Origin: Cycas panzhihuaensis
Lineage: Eukaryota; Plantae; Cycadophyta
Direction of reading: 5' to 3'
Length of the DNA stretch: 64,000 nt
Assembly: GCA_023213395.1 (NCBI GenBank)
Contig: CM041465.1
Coordinates: forward strand, 224,075,741-224,139,740
The translations under genes and the position numbers were made by a program. The notes under the pieces are model-generated. The model searched no databases, was not told the DNA's origin, and saw only the letters and a list, made by a program, of their open reading frames with translations. This document shows, piece after piece, positions 1-13,370 of this stretch. How positions within the stretch are numbered: position 1 is the stretch's first letter; every line of letters begins with the position of its first letter.

Positions 1-1390
1 CTAATTGAGATTCTCAGATTCTCCGATGCTTCAATAGAATTAACTATAGAAATGTTGTAAGCCCAAGGAATACAATAGACTTGGACTCATCAACGTCACT
101 CCAAGGCAAAATGCTTTGCACCAGATGGTTAGTAAGAGGGGTTAAAGGAGATGAGCCCTATAAGACCTTAGTCAAGCACAATTCGGGGCAAGCTAAGCCA
201 TGTTGCATAAGCATATTCACTCTACCTACCCGTGAGCCCTTAATTATGACAATAGCTATTAAGGTGGTGGGATCCCCATTATTCAAAGTTATTTGGAGGG
301 CATGAGAGGAGAGCAAGAAACTACTGACCTTGAAAGAAAATGAGCCATGTCAAGGGCTATTTTTCACAATTATTCCATTTGGTGGTCCATTGTTGCTATG
401 CGAAAATTTATGCCTAACACAAACTCCATGGTAAGAGGCCAAGCACCTTTATAAAAAAGGACTATCGAGGGTGTTTTAGTTATTAATAAGCCTTGAGCAT
501 GTTGCAAATCCTGGGTGACAGTTAGGCAAGAATTCAATCTTATAAACTCCAATAGGTTGATTATTGAAGAAATATAGAATTTATGTCCAACAATATAGCT
601 CTCTAAGCTAGCCACAATAGCAAACAGTGAATTGTGGCAGAACTGGCCATGGAACCACTCAAAACTACTGAAGAAATTCTCTATTTCACATGCTTATAAA
701 AATCTTGCCAACTATAAGGGGATAGCGATCACACTCAAACTAGACCTGGAGCATTGAATGCAGTGAAATGATGTGGAGGTGTCGATTTGAAAGGTTGTGG
801 CATGTGCCAATGAAGCCCGAAGGCTTTCTTCGCCTAGTCAATTAGTCATAATCGACTAGCAGTCAAAACTAGGCTAGCGAAGCTAGTGCATATGGCATGT
901 GCATTTTGTAACCATAAATAAATTATTCTTCATCTCTTCTGGTGGTGACCTTTCGCCAAACATGTTAAGTACCCAGTCAGCAATTTTAGCCAACCTATAG
1001 CATGAGAACTTTGGATGTAATGTAGCTCTATGCAATGACACCCAAATCTTCTTCAACTCTTTCCAAATGACCTGGGAGCTTATAAAAATTGAAGTTTTGT
1101 AGTTGTTTAGAAGTTAAGAAGTACTGTGTTTTTAAAACATAAATCACATGCATGCACTTTCTCAAAAGAAATGTTCTTCACCGCATTAAATGAATGTGCC
1201 TTTCAAATCAGCATTAAGGCTGAAAAAGTACAAGTTGAACTCAGGCACTTATAGGAGCTAATCTAGCACTAGAAAAAGGTAGTTCAAGGTAGTTGAAGAA
1301 CCCACAAAGTTGTTCCAAAGGGAGGAGTGGATCTAGAAACAACCACCCTACTCCACCTTAGGAACATTTGGCATTTCGTATGCAAGTTAG

Positions 1391-1520
1391 CCTGGTCAAC
1401 CTGAGACCGAACAGTGCACCACATAGGTGTTGGTGTCGATCAATATTGAGCAGGCCTGGCCAACCTGAGACCAATCAACGCACCATGTAGGTGTTGCCGT
1501 CGATCAATATTGAGTAGGCC
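1391..1520. repeat. Diverged 64-bp tandem duplication (2 copies)
   Basis: cctggtcaacctgagacc...gtcgatcaatattgagcagg at 1391-1454 is repeated as cctggccaacctgagacc...gtcgatcaatattgagtagg at 1455-1518. Confidence 0.85.
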
Positions 1521-1834
1521 ACTTGTAAAGGGTGGAAGCTAAAAGATCAGCCCCAAGATATAGGGAATGATGGATGGGATTGTGGTCTTGTTCTCCTGAC
1601 TGCTAGAAGGGGGTGGGAATCCAACTAATTTGGCCTTTTGTGATTACTCAGCCCTATAAGCTCAAATACTATGTAATTTTGTGTCTTCTTGCTAGTACCC
1701 TAAAAAAGAAAAGTTTTGATGGTATCATCCAAAGTATGGCAGAGGTAACATTCTCTCTCTTAAAAATTTTCGTTGTACCATGTATGTAATTTTTTTGATT
1801 TAATGAATCATCATTTTACAACAAAAAAAAAAAA
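1520..1834 (+). mobile_element. LINE 3' end/3'UTR remnant with poly(A) tail (5' limit uncertain)
   Basis: Ends ...gtatgtaattttttt...aatcatcattttacaacAAAAAAAAAAAA. Colinear with the reverse complement of 6101-6430 (shared aaagggtggaag, gtatcatcca, acattctct, gtatgtaattttt). Confidence 0.6.
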
Positions 1835-2905
1835 CACTTAGTTAAGCATGAAAAGTTGATGTGAAAAGCTAATTAATGTGATTGATTAAATATGAGAAGC
1901 TATTGTGAATAGCTAAATAGCTACTAATTAGTGTATGCTGTATATGGAAGGATTCTTTTGAAGATGTCATGAAATAGTAAATTTTTTAGATATATAATTT
2001 AGATGTTGTACAAGGAATGGAAGTAATGACAAAGTTGTTGCTCTATCACTTCAATTGATAGGGGTTGTCTTTTAGTTAGGTTTTAACATAGTCCTTTATT
2101 TTAGTATGTCAATTCGAGGTAATCTCAATTGACAAAATATTCTGGACCTGATTCTGCAACAGTCAGACCTACTTAAAAACTCTTCAAGAATTGGCATGAG
2201 TTCCAAGGGTGTATAATTATTATTGAAGAGCTCAAAAATGATATTTCTTGTTATTCACCTATACAAGAGGTTTATGCAACTACCATATATCCTCAATAAA
2301 CACTTGAGACTGATTTGACCACAATACACAGATGGCGGGTACTCTCTAAGCATTGCACATCAACTTCCCATCAGTCCAGAATGGAATAGGAGGCCATTCA
2401 AGATGAAATCAAGAACGAAAGATGAAAGTAAGGTTCATTTTTAGTAACGCAACCTGAACATGACACAATGCTAAACCATAGAAGTAACTCAAAGAAGGAT
2501 TTCATCTTTTATTGCAATCCTTCAAACCCATGAAACAAGTAATGCCTTAAAAATGGAGACCGTTACCCTATGTAAGCCCAATCTCCTATATGTTGAGTCA
2601 ATAATATGAGACTCCATTGTTGAATTGATGATCTGAAACTCCATCTCCGTTAAGCCAGACAGAACACAACGCATCTTCAACCCTCCTTGGATTACAATGC
2701 AGAAATCACTCCCTTACAAGACATTGGATAGAAGCACCAATGTCCATCCTAAGATGTAGCAGAGAAGGTGCTAGCTATCTGGAACAGACATTGAATACAA
2801 TGAATCTTTATGAATGGCATCCACAACCCATCCGTCCAGTTGCAACGCAAGGCAAGCTTCTTAAGAAGCATCCACCACCAAAACAAACATTCAACCTGTC
2901 ACAAA

Positions 2906-3021
2906 TCAGAAAGAATTGGACACAAGAAATTCTAGCATTGCTGCAGCACCTGCATCCCTTGAACTGCCTCTGAAATTCTTTCCCAAAACATCCAGCATCT
3001 TCGTCCGATGTAACTCTTTAC
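2906..3021 (-). CDS. Last coding exon of AT2G45250/AT4G38280-like (PTHR34555-type) plant protein
   Basis: Acceptor tacAG at 3023-3022. Reads (G)KELHRTKMLDVLGKNFRG...SNSF*, matching the family's KELxRxxxLNVLGK motif. Phase agrees with the previous exon. Stop TGA at 2908-2906. Confidence 0.8.
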
Positions 3022-3312
3022 CTGTATCAGAAGTTGTAACAAATATTATTAGTGGCCTGCAAGAAGCATCAAAAGATTTAAACTACTTCAGATTATCCAC
3101 CAGAATAAAATTATATACATGCAAACAGTAAAATGAGACAATTTTTTTAAATTATATTTAAACAAATCTGAGGAGAAGATGTACAAAAAAAGGTAAACCA
3201 AAGCCAATCTCAGATAAAATCTGGAGCTCTAAAACCCACAAAACTTAAAATGTATGCAAATATGATTTCAACTAACAAAAAATGACAAGTCTATCCTGAA
3301 ATAGCACATTAC

Positions 3313-3396
3313 CCTCTTCCAATGAGAGCATAATAGCTCTGCTTTCCAACTTAACTGCATGCACACTTCTAGCAGATGCAGATAAAGGCCAGAGAG
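3313..3396 (-). CDS. Penultimate coding exon (84 nt) of the same gene
   Basis: Acceptor gtcAG at 3398-3397, donor GTAATG at 3312. Reads (S)LWPLSASARSVHAVKLESRAIMLSLEE(G), compared with family motif LRSLSSxxxSxHAVELEKRxIxLSLEE. Confidence 0.85.
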
Positions 3397-3527
3397 CTGA
3401 CATTGCATAAAGCGCACTTGTTAATAATGTGGAACAATCATTTCTATCAAAGGAAACCAATGAAAAACATCAGAACAACTTTGATGCACAACTATATCTC
3501 AAAAAGAACCAGAGAATGCAGGCTTAC

Positions 3528-4980
3528 ATTGGAAATAGTACTGATCAGATTCATCACATTGCTTTAGAAAGGCTTGTAGCCTTACAAAACGGTGCTGGTA
3601 AGGTGCAAGCGTTTCTTTCTCCAATTGATCTACTTGAGAATTCTCGGATGAAGCGGACAGAGCTAGAAACTTGCCCCAGTCTGACTCTGATGATGAAATT
3701 CTACAAGGTGTTTTCTTCTCAGAAGCTGCTGGCTCAGGAGGTGCAGACTCAAGACAGCCAAGCCTTAATCCCATGGTTTGAAAGCTGTTATCATTCAAAG
3801 ATTGTAGTTCCACTGTATTCCTTATATCCGTTTGGTTTGAAAAAAGCTCAGTATTTGTGCCTTCCAATGGTAGCGTAGTAGTCATATTACCTAATCCTGA
3901 ATCGCCCAGCGAACAGAGTTGAGCCACATTAACAGATGAATTTATTACACCATTTCCATTCAATTCCAATGACCGAGACTGCGGCTGTGACCATCCCAAG
4001 TTTTGCATATTTTTACTCTGCAACTCTACAATCCCATTGAAAGTCTTCAGACCTTGAAGACCTCCTTCAATTTTGTCGGCAAATACTTTGTGTTTCTTGA
4101 AGCAATATTTGGAGGGAGAACAATGGTTTGGAGTAGCAATAGGCTCATGCTGCCTTTCCTTTTCGTAGTGCCTTTCCCCATCACTTTGACAGTTATCGGG
4201 CCCTTCTTGCTGATATCTAGCTTTCAGAAAATATGGATTCTGATCTGCCAGCCCTCTGGCTAAATCTGTCTCTTTTTGTTTCTGAAAGCAAATGGATTTC
4301 CTTTTCTTCTCAAGGATGGGACTGTTACTATTGTTTAGGCATAGATTGCCTTTGTTGCTAACAGACCACTCAAAATTTGCCTCCATAGGAGTCATGAGTA
4401 TCGGAACATACTTAAGACCTTTCACTGGCAAATTATCAGTACCAGCTGACTGAGTATTTGTGGAAGCTGGAATTCTGCATTCCCACCTACAAGTATCTTC
4501 ACATTTCAAAACACTAAAGGTATGCGTTAGAGGCTGCTGAGAGACACATGACCCTCCTTTTGCTGACCGAGGAGTGATTTCACCTGACCCCGCAGCATCT
4601 TGTATGTTATCCCTGCATATTATCGCCCGACCAGCTCCCATATGTAAATGGGTAGAGCTGAGTCTTTGAGGCGTTCTTTTGGATGAGTCCAATTTGCCTG
4701 CCCTGTTACTTGTGCAGCAATCCAGAGAAGCCTGGGACTGAGAAGGAACACATCGATACAGATTCTGATGCTGCATGTTAAGCCCTCCAGAAAATGACAT
4801 ATCTTCTGTATTTAAAGTGCCCAATGCATTACAGGCATAAATAGAAACAGAACTCTGCAGTGGCTGCTTCCCTCTCTCAGGCTTAGCTAAAGCAAGTGAC
4901 AAGAAGTTTTCTTTACGAAAATATGGACTCTCTGGCTGGAATTCGGGCATAATTCTACTGTAAAGCTGAGTCAGTTCCAT
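3528..4980 (-). CDS. Large coding exon of the same gene (spliced CDS 1653 nt, about 550 aa)
   Basis: 1.45-kb open frame ending RFVRLQAFLKQCDESDQYYFQ, then donor GTAAGC at 3527. The three exons sum to 551 codons. The true start may lie further upstream (see findings). Confidence 0.8.
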
Positions 4981-4984
4981 AGCA

Positions 4985-5224
4985 TTATCTCGATGATGTA
5001 TCCTCCAAAATAGATGCTGTTTTGGATTGTGTATGTTTTATCTTCTGTACAACCTCTTTGCCCCCCTGACAACTTGAGCCTGTTAATGAATATGGAGGCA
5101 GAGAACATGTAGAGTCTGGAGTCTCAGGAGGCACAATCTTTGTCCTTGGTGCATGGTGCATAGGCAACAAAGGACCATCATCCTGTAAGCATTCAGAATC
5201 ATCAAATTCAGAATGATTACCGGC
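4985..5224 (-). other. Upstream part of the large exon, open in a different frame (uORF or frameshifted N-terminus)
   Basis: Acceptor ttgcAG at 5226-5225. 79 sense codons (AGNHSEFDD...VPPETPDS...TSSR) end in TAA 4 nt before the main ATG, out of frame with it. Confidence 0.45.
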
Positions 5225-6100
5225 CTGCAAGTATTGCAAAATAAAGCATAACAATCTCCCTTCAATCAAGGGATACACATGACACAGAAACAAAGTCCAA
5301 AAGACTTATGCTATGCATGGTTAGCCCATCAACAAATTTTATTTGTTAATGTCCCAGTCAAGGATTCAAATCAAAATCCTTAACTGGCTAGAAATGCCAG
5401 GTCTGTTAGTCATAAATACCTCTTGACGAGCTCGACAGGATGATGATTTATTTCCCAAAATACAATTCAACAAAACTAATTTATCAGTCCTAATTTACAG
5501 AGAATTCAAAGTTTGAAATAGACTTTGGGGATGATTCAAGCTTCCTGTCCCAAGTTGTCAATGTTTTAAATCTATTAGAGGTCGCAGTTTAAGACAATGA
5601 TAAACAAGTTTCACAAAAGAAAAGATAAGCTTTGAAAGCTGTCTGATGGCAATGGTATTCTTTGTTAGCATTTTTCAAGTTAGAAACTTGCGAGCCTAAT
5701 GAACTTTAGACCACATGGTCCCCTTCAGCAGCTACAGTTTCCATCATTTCCCTCATCCTTGAGCAAAAACGTAAGTTTTTTCTGCTAAATATTAATCACT
5801 TACACAACAAATGCCTCCTGCATGAAATGTGACTCCAAAAAATGACCCCAAATATAAAACATACCCTTATATTTTCTGAATATACTTTCCTATAAGGATA
5901 TTAAGGGCAAATCATCCAAACATAGTATTTATAAAGTCCTGGAAAATAAGGAACCTCTCCAAGATTTTTATTTTTAAAAACAACAGAGAGTTACAATCCA
6001 AATATACCACACATAAGGTTGAACCTCAAAAAATAAGGAAGCTTTTCAAGATCATTTTATAAAAACAAGGAACATACATGTGCTTCCAAGTTCAATAGAA

Positions 6101-7575
6101 TCTTTTTCTTTTTTTTTTGTTGAATGAGATGATTGATTAAATAGAAAAAATTACATACTGTACAACAGGAACCAGGGAAGAGAATGTCATCCCCTCCATC
6201 CCTCTGGATGATACAAAAAGAAACATAGAGCTATTACAGCTAGAACTGGAGTACATAAAAGCACAAACAACACAAAAAATCTGCCTACATGCAAGCACAA
6301 ACTAGACAACAGGAAAAATCAATCTTGGCCTCCTCCTCCCACAACCGGCTGAGCAGTACCAAGACATCCCTACCCACCATCTCGCTTATCAGGAGGGTTT
6401 CCTCTCAACTTCCACCCTTTGCATTGGGGTGGCTCAGCATTCACTAGAATAACAATATGAACTGCTTTTTCCCTAAGGAGAGCCCTAACTAAGCTACATT
6501 TGGGAGTTACACTAGCCCTGGTTCTAAGGGGAGACCCAATTGTTTGCAAGCCGTCTCTTGCCCTGTGAGAAACTACAACTTCTGCTCCTGTGTCCGTCTT
6601 GGCATGGGAGTTGTTGAGAACTGCCTTCTTTGAGGGAAACATCGCTCATCGTGCACAGGGTCGAGCCCCAATGATCAATCAGCTCCTTCAAGTGAGAAAG
6701 TTCAAGCTTGACCTTCTTAACCTTGACATTGATTTGTAAGGAACAAGAGGGCAAAACAACAAAAACCATGTCGAAAGAAAGGCACAAAGCAGGTGTCTTA
6801 CCATTAAATAAAATAGGTTCCCAGTCGTAATGTATCATTTCTACACGCAACAAGTCCCAAGCCAAGGTAAGCAATTGGGAGAATGCCTGATATCCCCCAA
6901 ATGGAAGCATTCTATCCTAACATGTCAAAAATCATTAGTTTGGCTAATACCCAAGCCCAATCCCAGATAGATTTAGCAAGGGGACACCACTGAATGAGGT
7001 GCAAGAGGATCTCAGTTGTCCACAAAAGACACACATCATGTCCATGTGCCCCAGTTTTGCTGGCCTATAGTTATAATTGCAAGCCCATAATGCATTAATG
7101 ACCACACAAAGAATGCCTTTTTGGGTTCCAATGGGGCCCTCCATAGCCTTTGAAATCCCCTTAACCAAGTATGCTCCTCACTAGCAATGGCCCAACTTGG
7201 ACCATCAGCTTCTACACATGCAAAGTAGAGAATTTAGTAAACAATTTAGACATGTTCCAGGCCCAGTCCTTCCACCACTTTGAGCTACCATTAGTAACCA
7301 AATTAGGAATTTGCGAGTCTGAGAACTTAATGATTTAATTTGCTAGAGGTTTTGATTCCAAACTCGTCCTTGACTGTTGACCATGCCTTCTAGCGACCTC
7401 TATCAAATAACTGCCCTACAGTATCTGGCCTTTTCTTATTCAATCTGTGTGCTTCAAACCACTAATGTTATCCAAGGCACTACCAATCTCTTAGAATCAG
7501 AGGTGATTGTCAGATTAAGTGGTCCCCAAATGATAGCCCTTTCCTTAGCTACTCACCAAGCCAAGCCAACCATTT
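6101..7575 (-). mobile_element. 5'-truncated LINE (zf-RVT end of ORF2 + 3'UTR + poly(A)), probably intronic
   Basis: Poly(T) on + at about 6101-6120. TSD AAGTTCAATA at 6088-6097 and 7576-7585. Minus-strand translation gives FQRLWRAPLEPKKAFFVWSLMHYGL and CVFC...LHL.QWCPLAKSIW (zf-RVT). Confidence 0.8.
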
Positions 7576-8599
7576 AAGTTCAATAAATATTATCATAGTT
7601 GATATTAATGTTTTATTTTGAATATTATTTTGTTTTTTTTGGTAAAGGAACCAAACAAAACAAGGATATGACATTTTGAAGCATTCTTAATGTTACTGTG
7701 AAGCTGGGTACATGTTCTACAACAAGTATGTAAGCCATGAATCTTATAAAAAGTGCTATGACAACATAGGACCTGAATGATGTTCTTGGGGATACAATAT
7801 AGGATGCCAGTAAATGCAGTTATTACATCATAATGCCCAAGCTACTTTACCATCTACCATAGGCTCTGGGAGAAACTACCATCTATTTACCATGTGAGAT
7901 AAATGCATCTATCAACCACTAAGGTGCCAGTAATTGTCGAAAGATCAAAGTTAATTGCTGATTAGTAATTAGTGCCAATTTAGCATGCAAGACAAATGCA
8001 TCTATCAGTTTTTAAGGTGCCCGTAATCGTTTAATAGCCAAAATGAGTTGCTCATTAGGCATTATAGATTGCTTGATCTGGCCATCAAATATTGATGCAT
8101 AGATATGATTTCTAAGAAAGCCTAATCAAATCCTATGATTGCAAGCCAAGCACTAAGTTCTCCATGGTGCTGGATAAGCAATATGATGCATTGCTGTAAT
8201 AACCTTACTTTGCTGGACAAAGCAAAAACACAAAAAACAGTATGTACCATGGATAAGCTAAGTATTAAGGAACATGTAACTTGAAAAGTAGTGTCCTTAT
8301 CATCTGATTAATCAACAGAACTTACAGTGTTCAATGCTTACTATAAAGTGCATCTAACGAGGATTATAACAGCACTCAAGATAAAGATGATGAACAACTT
8401 CCTTGGTAGAGCTCCAGTTGAGACTTATCATAAGAAGAAATTGAGGCATTGTCACGCATCCACATAAAAGAGAAATCACTTCATAGTCTCTCTCCATAGG
8501 AGTGCCAGCTACATGCTGCCTTGCTTCCTAAAACTGGTTAAAGCAGAAAGACCCTTTTTAGGGGACAAAAAGATCATCATGACAAGCCACGGACAAGGA

Positions 8600-9300
8600 G
8601 GAGCTATCAATCAAACTAACAACAGTTTCACTCTTTGGATTCAGTTGTAAACCTCGGTTCGAAATGCATGTACCACACTTTACATAAAGCAAACAAAGAA
8701 AACTGCAAGGACAATAAGGGTCATTCAGCCCAGTGCTGGCCAAAAAGTTAAAAAGGTTGAAGAAGATGCACATCTACCAATAGCCGGGGACCTATCCAAG
8801 TATTTCTAAGCACTCCACTCATCAAGATCTGGCAAAACATTCACTTATCACTAGAAAAGCAGGACGTTATTAGTGAAAGATGTTTGGAACACAGTCTTTA
8901 TATTGACAAACCCTCTCAACTCGGTGTTGTTTCAGTCTTGGTATGGATACAACAAATTGGACAACTTTCCATTAAGTTAATGCTGGTCCAAATTTCCAGA
9001 TTCCCTCAATTTGCATGAAGTACTCATAAAATGTTTTTTTACTGTAATCAAATCAAAGAGAAGTCATAGATGTAAGCAAGCCTGCAAGTCCAGATCAGAC
9101 TTCTCTATTGAAACTTGCCCTATAGAGATTCGAATCCAGGAGAATAGGACCTATTCTACAACCTCTGACAAAAAATTTGACCCCACACACTCCAAACCTC
9201 TGGCCTTAGTTTGAAGCACCTTTGGATTCTCTTCAGTAGATATTAGAACACAAGATGATTGAACAATGTGAACACTACTTCCACTCAAAACAAAGTCAGA
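8600..9300 (-). mobile_element. Highly decayed LINE ORF1 (DUF4283-like) remnant, limits approximate
   Basis: Scattered minus-strand motifs GIWKFGP and GPRLLVDVHL plus a downstream Cys cluster, in the order expected for plant L1 ORF1. Confidence 0.4.
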
Positions 9301-12300
9301 GCTGGGATGATTCGTAAGTTCTCAATAAAAAACCAAGCATATGCCCATGAAGCTTGCATTCTACAAAAAAACATCAAAAATGGCATGGATTGAATTAGCA
9401 AATTCAAGCAAGTCTACAGCACTCTCAACCAATTAATTTCTCTCAGTAGAAAATTTGTGTAGCACCATATAAGGTCTTCCCATTGCAGTCAATGATTGAA
9501 AGAACCAAAAACCAATGAAATAAAGATGCTTCTTCAGACAACAGTTCAAAGAACCAGAATTAACACAAAACATTTAAAATTTTTATTCCGGTTCCTTAAA
9601 ACAGCGATTCAGAGGAAAAAGGATACACATTCTTAAATTATATCATCAATATGAAGTTTAAGATAGTTGCCTTCGAACCTTCAGATATGCAAGAAAAGGA
9701 TGAAACTGTGAGTGAAAAGTAATTCTTATGAGATGAGTCATAAAAATAAAGGAAGCCCCTACTGCTCAAAGATAAAATAGAAGCACAGAAATTTAGGACA
9801 ATGTCTACATTAACACAATAGAAGATATTGTTCACAGAATTTTCTCAGTAAATTTACACAAATTAGACGGTTATACATAAGAAATTACCACCTTGAACAA
9901 TTGCATAGACCTCGAGCGAAATTGAACACCAAGAAAGACAGAGAAGGAAAATATGGCATATACGTGAGGAGAACGTATATAACATTCAGATGACCCAAGG
10001 ATCATGAAGGGGCTCAAATATCAGTGTATAAAATTACCAGACTATTGTTGGGGGAAAAAGTTCTGTATGTGTAAAGAAAACAGTAATAAAATGGCCTCAG
10101 GAAAATACAATCTGGAGTTTGAAAATTAACTCTGCAAAGGATCCATTTTCAGACGATTATCCGATGCAATAAAATTTGCTCTAGGAGGTTGTAGGAGCTC
10201 CAGGCATGGCTCCCTATTCAAGCAAAGCATAGATGCCAAGATGCTCAGGGTTTTCTTTTCTAAAAAAAACGAACTCTCATGGCAAATATTGTAGCAGAAG
10301 ATTATTCAAAAGGTCGGGTTCCGGTCAGGGGAGCATTCAAATATAAATATTGACGATACATAAACCTTCTTACATTTAGATTTCAATATGCAATTGTAGG
10401 GCCAAAAGTTAAGCAAGAAACAGATATATCTTTTTAGCCACCAACTCAGGCGGACACTACTATCAAGAATAAAACGAGAACACCTTCAAACACAGGACGG
10501 GTTGTAGTTGAAAGCCTTAGATTAGCAGAAACTATGGCCCTCCCACTAAACCTGAACCAGCTTTCATAGGTTTCTGGACAGATACAAACGGTTCTATTTT
10601 CACATTCGTTTGTCAAAGGTCTGCATAATCTTTTATCTTTCGGCATTACTGTCCTTAGCTGCAGGGTGAAGACCAGGTGAGGATATGTTACAGGGCATCC
10701 AGAACTCCCAAACTGTGGGTGCGCCATTGTGGCTTAGGATGGAACACACATTCAACCTAGTCCTATCTTCATAATTCCAAGACGGTCTCTATTTTATTGG
10801 TGGCTGCTCTTTCGGCTTTAACTTGCTGTAGAAGATGGCCCTTATTATTGTTTCAGATCATATTGGCATTCATAATAGCATGGCCATGAGCAACGACTGA
10901 CAGCTTCACGACTACAAAACCGAACCGAGCCAACAATTATTTTGTTTAATTTTTGAAAATGAAGGAAGCCACTGATATTCTACGAAAAGATCAGAATACA
11001 AAGAGATGCCAATGGCCTATTTCCTTCAAACCCAAATACTTCCCTCACCTGTGCTGGAGACTATGGATGTTGATGAAGAAACGAACTTAGTTTCAGATTT
11101 ATCGAATGCCAAAAACACTTCCAATACTGATACGCCATGAAGCTTTGCCAGAGAATGCACTGTGTTGCTAGTATGTTTACCAAAAATTTCCATAGCAGGC
11201 GTCATCTCCAACATAGGCATAAATCCAGCCAAAGTATTGAATCAGACTGCCGTTTATCAAAGCACCGATAGTCTGGAACTCAGTGACATGACCCGAGTAC
11301 CAGACTACATGGCAGATTGCATTACTTGAAGATGAGCATACATTGAGCAAAAGTATAGCGAGAAAATGTGATCGAGTATGCCAGAATCTCGAAATCCCCG
11401 CAGATCCGATACAGGTCAATGAAAATTCAGAAAATCCGAAAGCTGAAAAAGGAAAAAAACAGAAAAACAGTTTATTATTCAAGCTAGGCAAAGGAGAATA
11501 CGAAGGGCCTTATGGGGAATCATTGAAAGCCGACGATAAAAGAAAGAGAAAAGCAGACATGAACGCAAAAGCAAGGGACCCATTATATCAGGAAGCATGC
11601 ATGCAGAAGATACATTGTCAAAATGCCAAATGGGGAGTCCAGATCGACGGAGAAGAAAGGTAATGATCCAGTGACCGTTGGGACAGGAATAAAACTTCTT
11701 AAATTCAAAAGATAAATTAAAAGCAAACGAACAAAAAAGCAGAGAAGCCACACTTCCCCAGTACATAACTTTCAGATGCTAATAAATGCATCACTGTCAG
11801 TCATCCAACCCTGTCTGAGACTTCGCCATACCTTGCTTTTGTACATTTTTTATCACTTGGTCCACTCCCTATCGTACAATTCATCCATCAGTCATGATTT
11901 TACTGGCCATCTTCCACTGTCTTTCACCTTTTCAACTCTCTCTCTCTAGAGAGTAGTTTGGATTGTTCAATGTTTCCAAAGAACCCAAAATAACAAAAAG
12001 CTCTAAAATACATGTGAAGGGTCATCCCTATGCCATTAACATTGCAAAGTAGAAAAGGTGGGCCAATCAACCCAACAAATCTAATCATTTCACTTCCCTT
12101 TGCCTTCTTATGCAAATAAGTGGATAAATTCATCATTCCTTGTGTCCTCGGTTGCCAACACACCTGGCATTCTATATTCTATAGATAAAGTGATGTTTTT
12201 ATTTATAAATTGCACATACTCTAGACCATGATGGTCATAAGATATGTACCCAATACTCAACAACCGTCCAAAGCCCTTTCTCCACTCAATTGTCTTTTTG

Positions 12301-12904
12301 TTGAATGTGATTTCATATATGTGCCACAGGCCACATTCATTGAACCACTTAAATATTTTTTTTTGTTGTATGTGACTTTATATCCCTAATGTACCATTAT
12401 CCTTTTCGCAAGCCATTTTCTAATTGTGAATTGCTTATGAAGTTCATCATCCATCAAGATAGGATATGTATATACATATAGAAATATCCAAGCATACTAT
12501 GTGTCCTTATCATTCTAAATTATGTTGCTTTTGTGTCCTTAACTAAAGGACATTCTATTTCATTAAAGACCATAATTTTCTAATGTACACATTGAGTTTG
12601 AAAGTATCCTTAATCTTAAAATCCTTATTAAGATAAGGGACCATTGTGAGGTCAACTCTCCAATTTTATTCAAGGCCCAAACTAAGCATTACTAAGTATA
12701 GTACATGAATGTATCATATCTAACTAAAAGTAGTACAATTCCATAAGGGTCAAACTCATTATCAAGGCTCATTAACCTTGAGTTTACTTGCCATATCTAT
12801 CCTTAGCATAACAATTTTTTTCATTCAATGAAAATCTCACTATAATTATTTTAAAATAATTTATAATATGACACCCGATGATCTTACAAATTTAAAATGT
12901 TCTT

Positions 12905-13186
12905 TGTTACAAATCCACAAGGTTTTTATAGCTTTCTCACTCAAAAATAATCATAAAATATGAAATATAATTATGAATAATAGTAAAAGTACAAAAGAAA
13001 TAAAGGAATGATGAATTCTCAGTCCTCTTAGAGGTGAGAATGCCCTCAAGTAAGTGTTGCTACTTATAGTCAACCTCTAATAAGTTGAGTAACTTTAATG
13101 ATGCTCAAACCTTATCCAAGAGTATAATAAATACCCATAAATAGGTTTATAAGGGTGCTAGTTCATAAGTGTGTTGGTTCATAACA
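12905..13186 (-). repeat. 3' LTR of element A (282 bp)
   Basis: TGTTAC...ATAACA termini, adjacent PPT (gtaggggggaaat on minus). Aligns by eye with 15878-16115 and 29322-29366. Confidence 0.9.
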
Positions 13187-13199
13187 ATTTCCCCCCTAC

Positions 13200-13370
13200 T
13201 CAAAGATGCTTTGCCCTCGAAGTATTGCAACTTATAAGTTCTATTACTACTAATCTTCATCTTTCCAAATTACATCTTTGATATCAATATCTTTCCATTT
13301 AACCAACTATGACTTGATTTATTTATTTCGTAATTGCCTCATCTTAGTGTACACGATCTTTATGTTATCT
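13200..13370 (-). pseudogene. Chromodomain remnant of element A
   Basis: KIVYTKMRQLRNK*IKS*LVKWKDIDIKDVIWKDED...FEGKASL, a typical chromoviral integrase C-terminus directly before the PPT. Confidence 0.75.

Noticed and set aside
370-615. Possible LINE ORF1 remnant on minus
   Set aside because: Resemblance is too weak to support without a profile search.
3499-3527. ORF-track C-terminus CKPAFSGSF*
   Set aside because: Lies after a GTAAGC donor; the conserved domain continues in the next exon.
2740-4263. Plus-strand ORFs over the host gene
   Set aside because: Antisense shadows of the spliced minus-strand CDS, with no recognisable motifs.
10446-11766. Short ORFs upstream of the host gene
   Set aside because: No recognisable domains; more likely 5'UTR, intron or promoter sequence.
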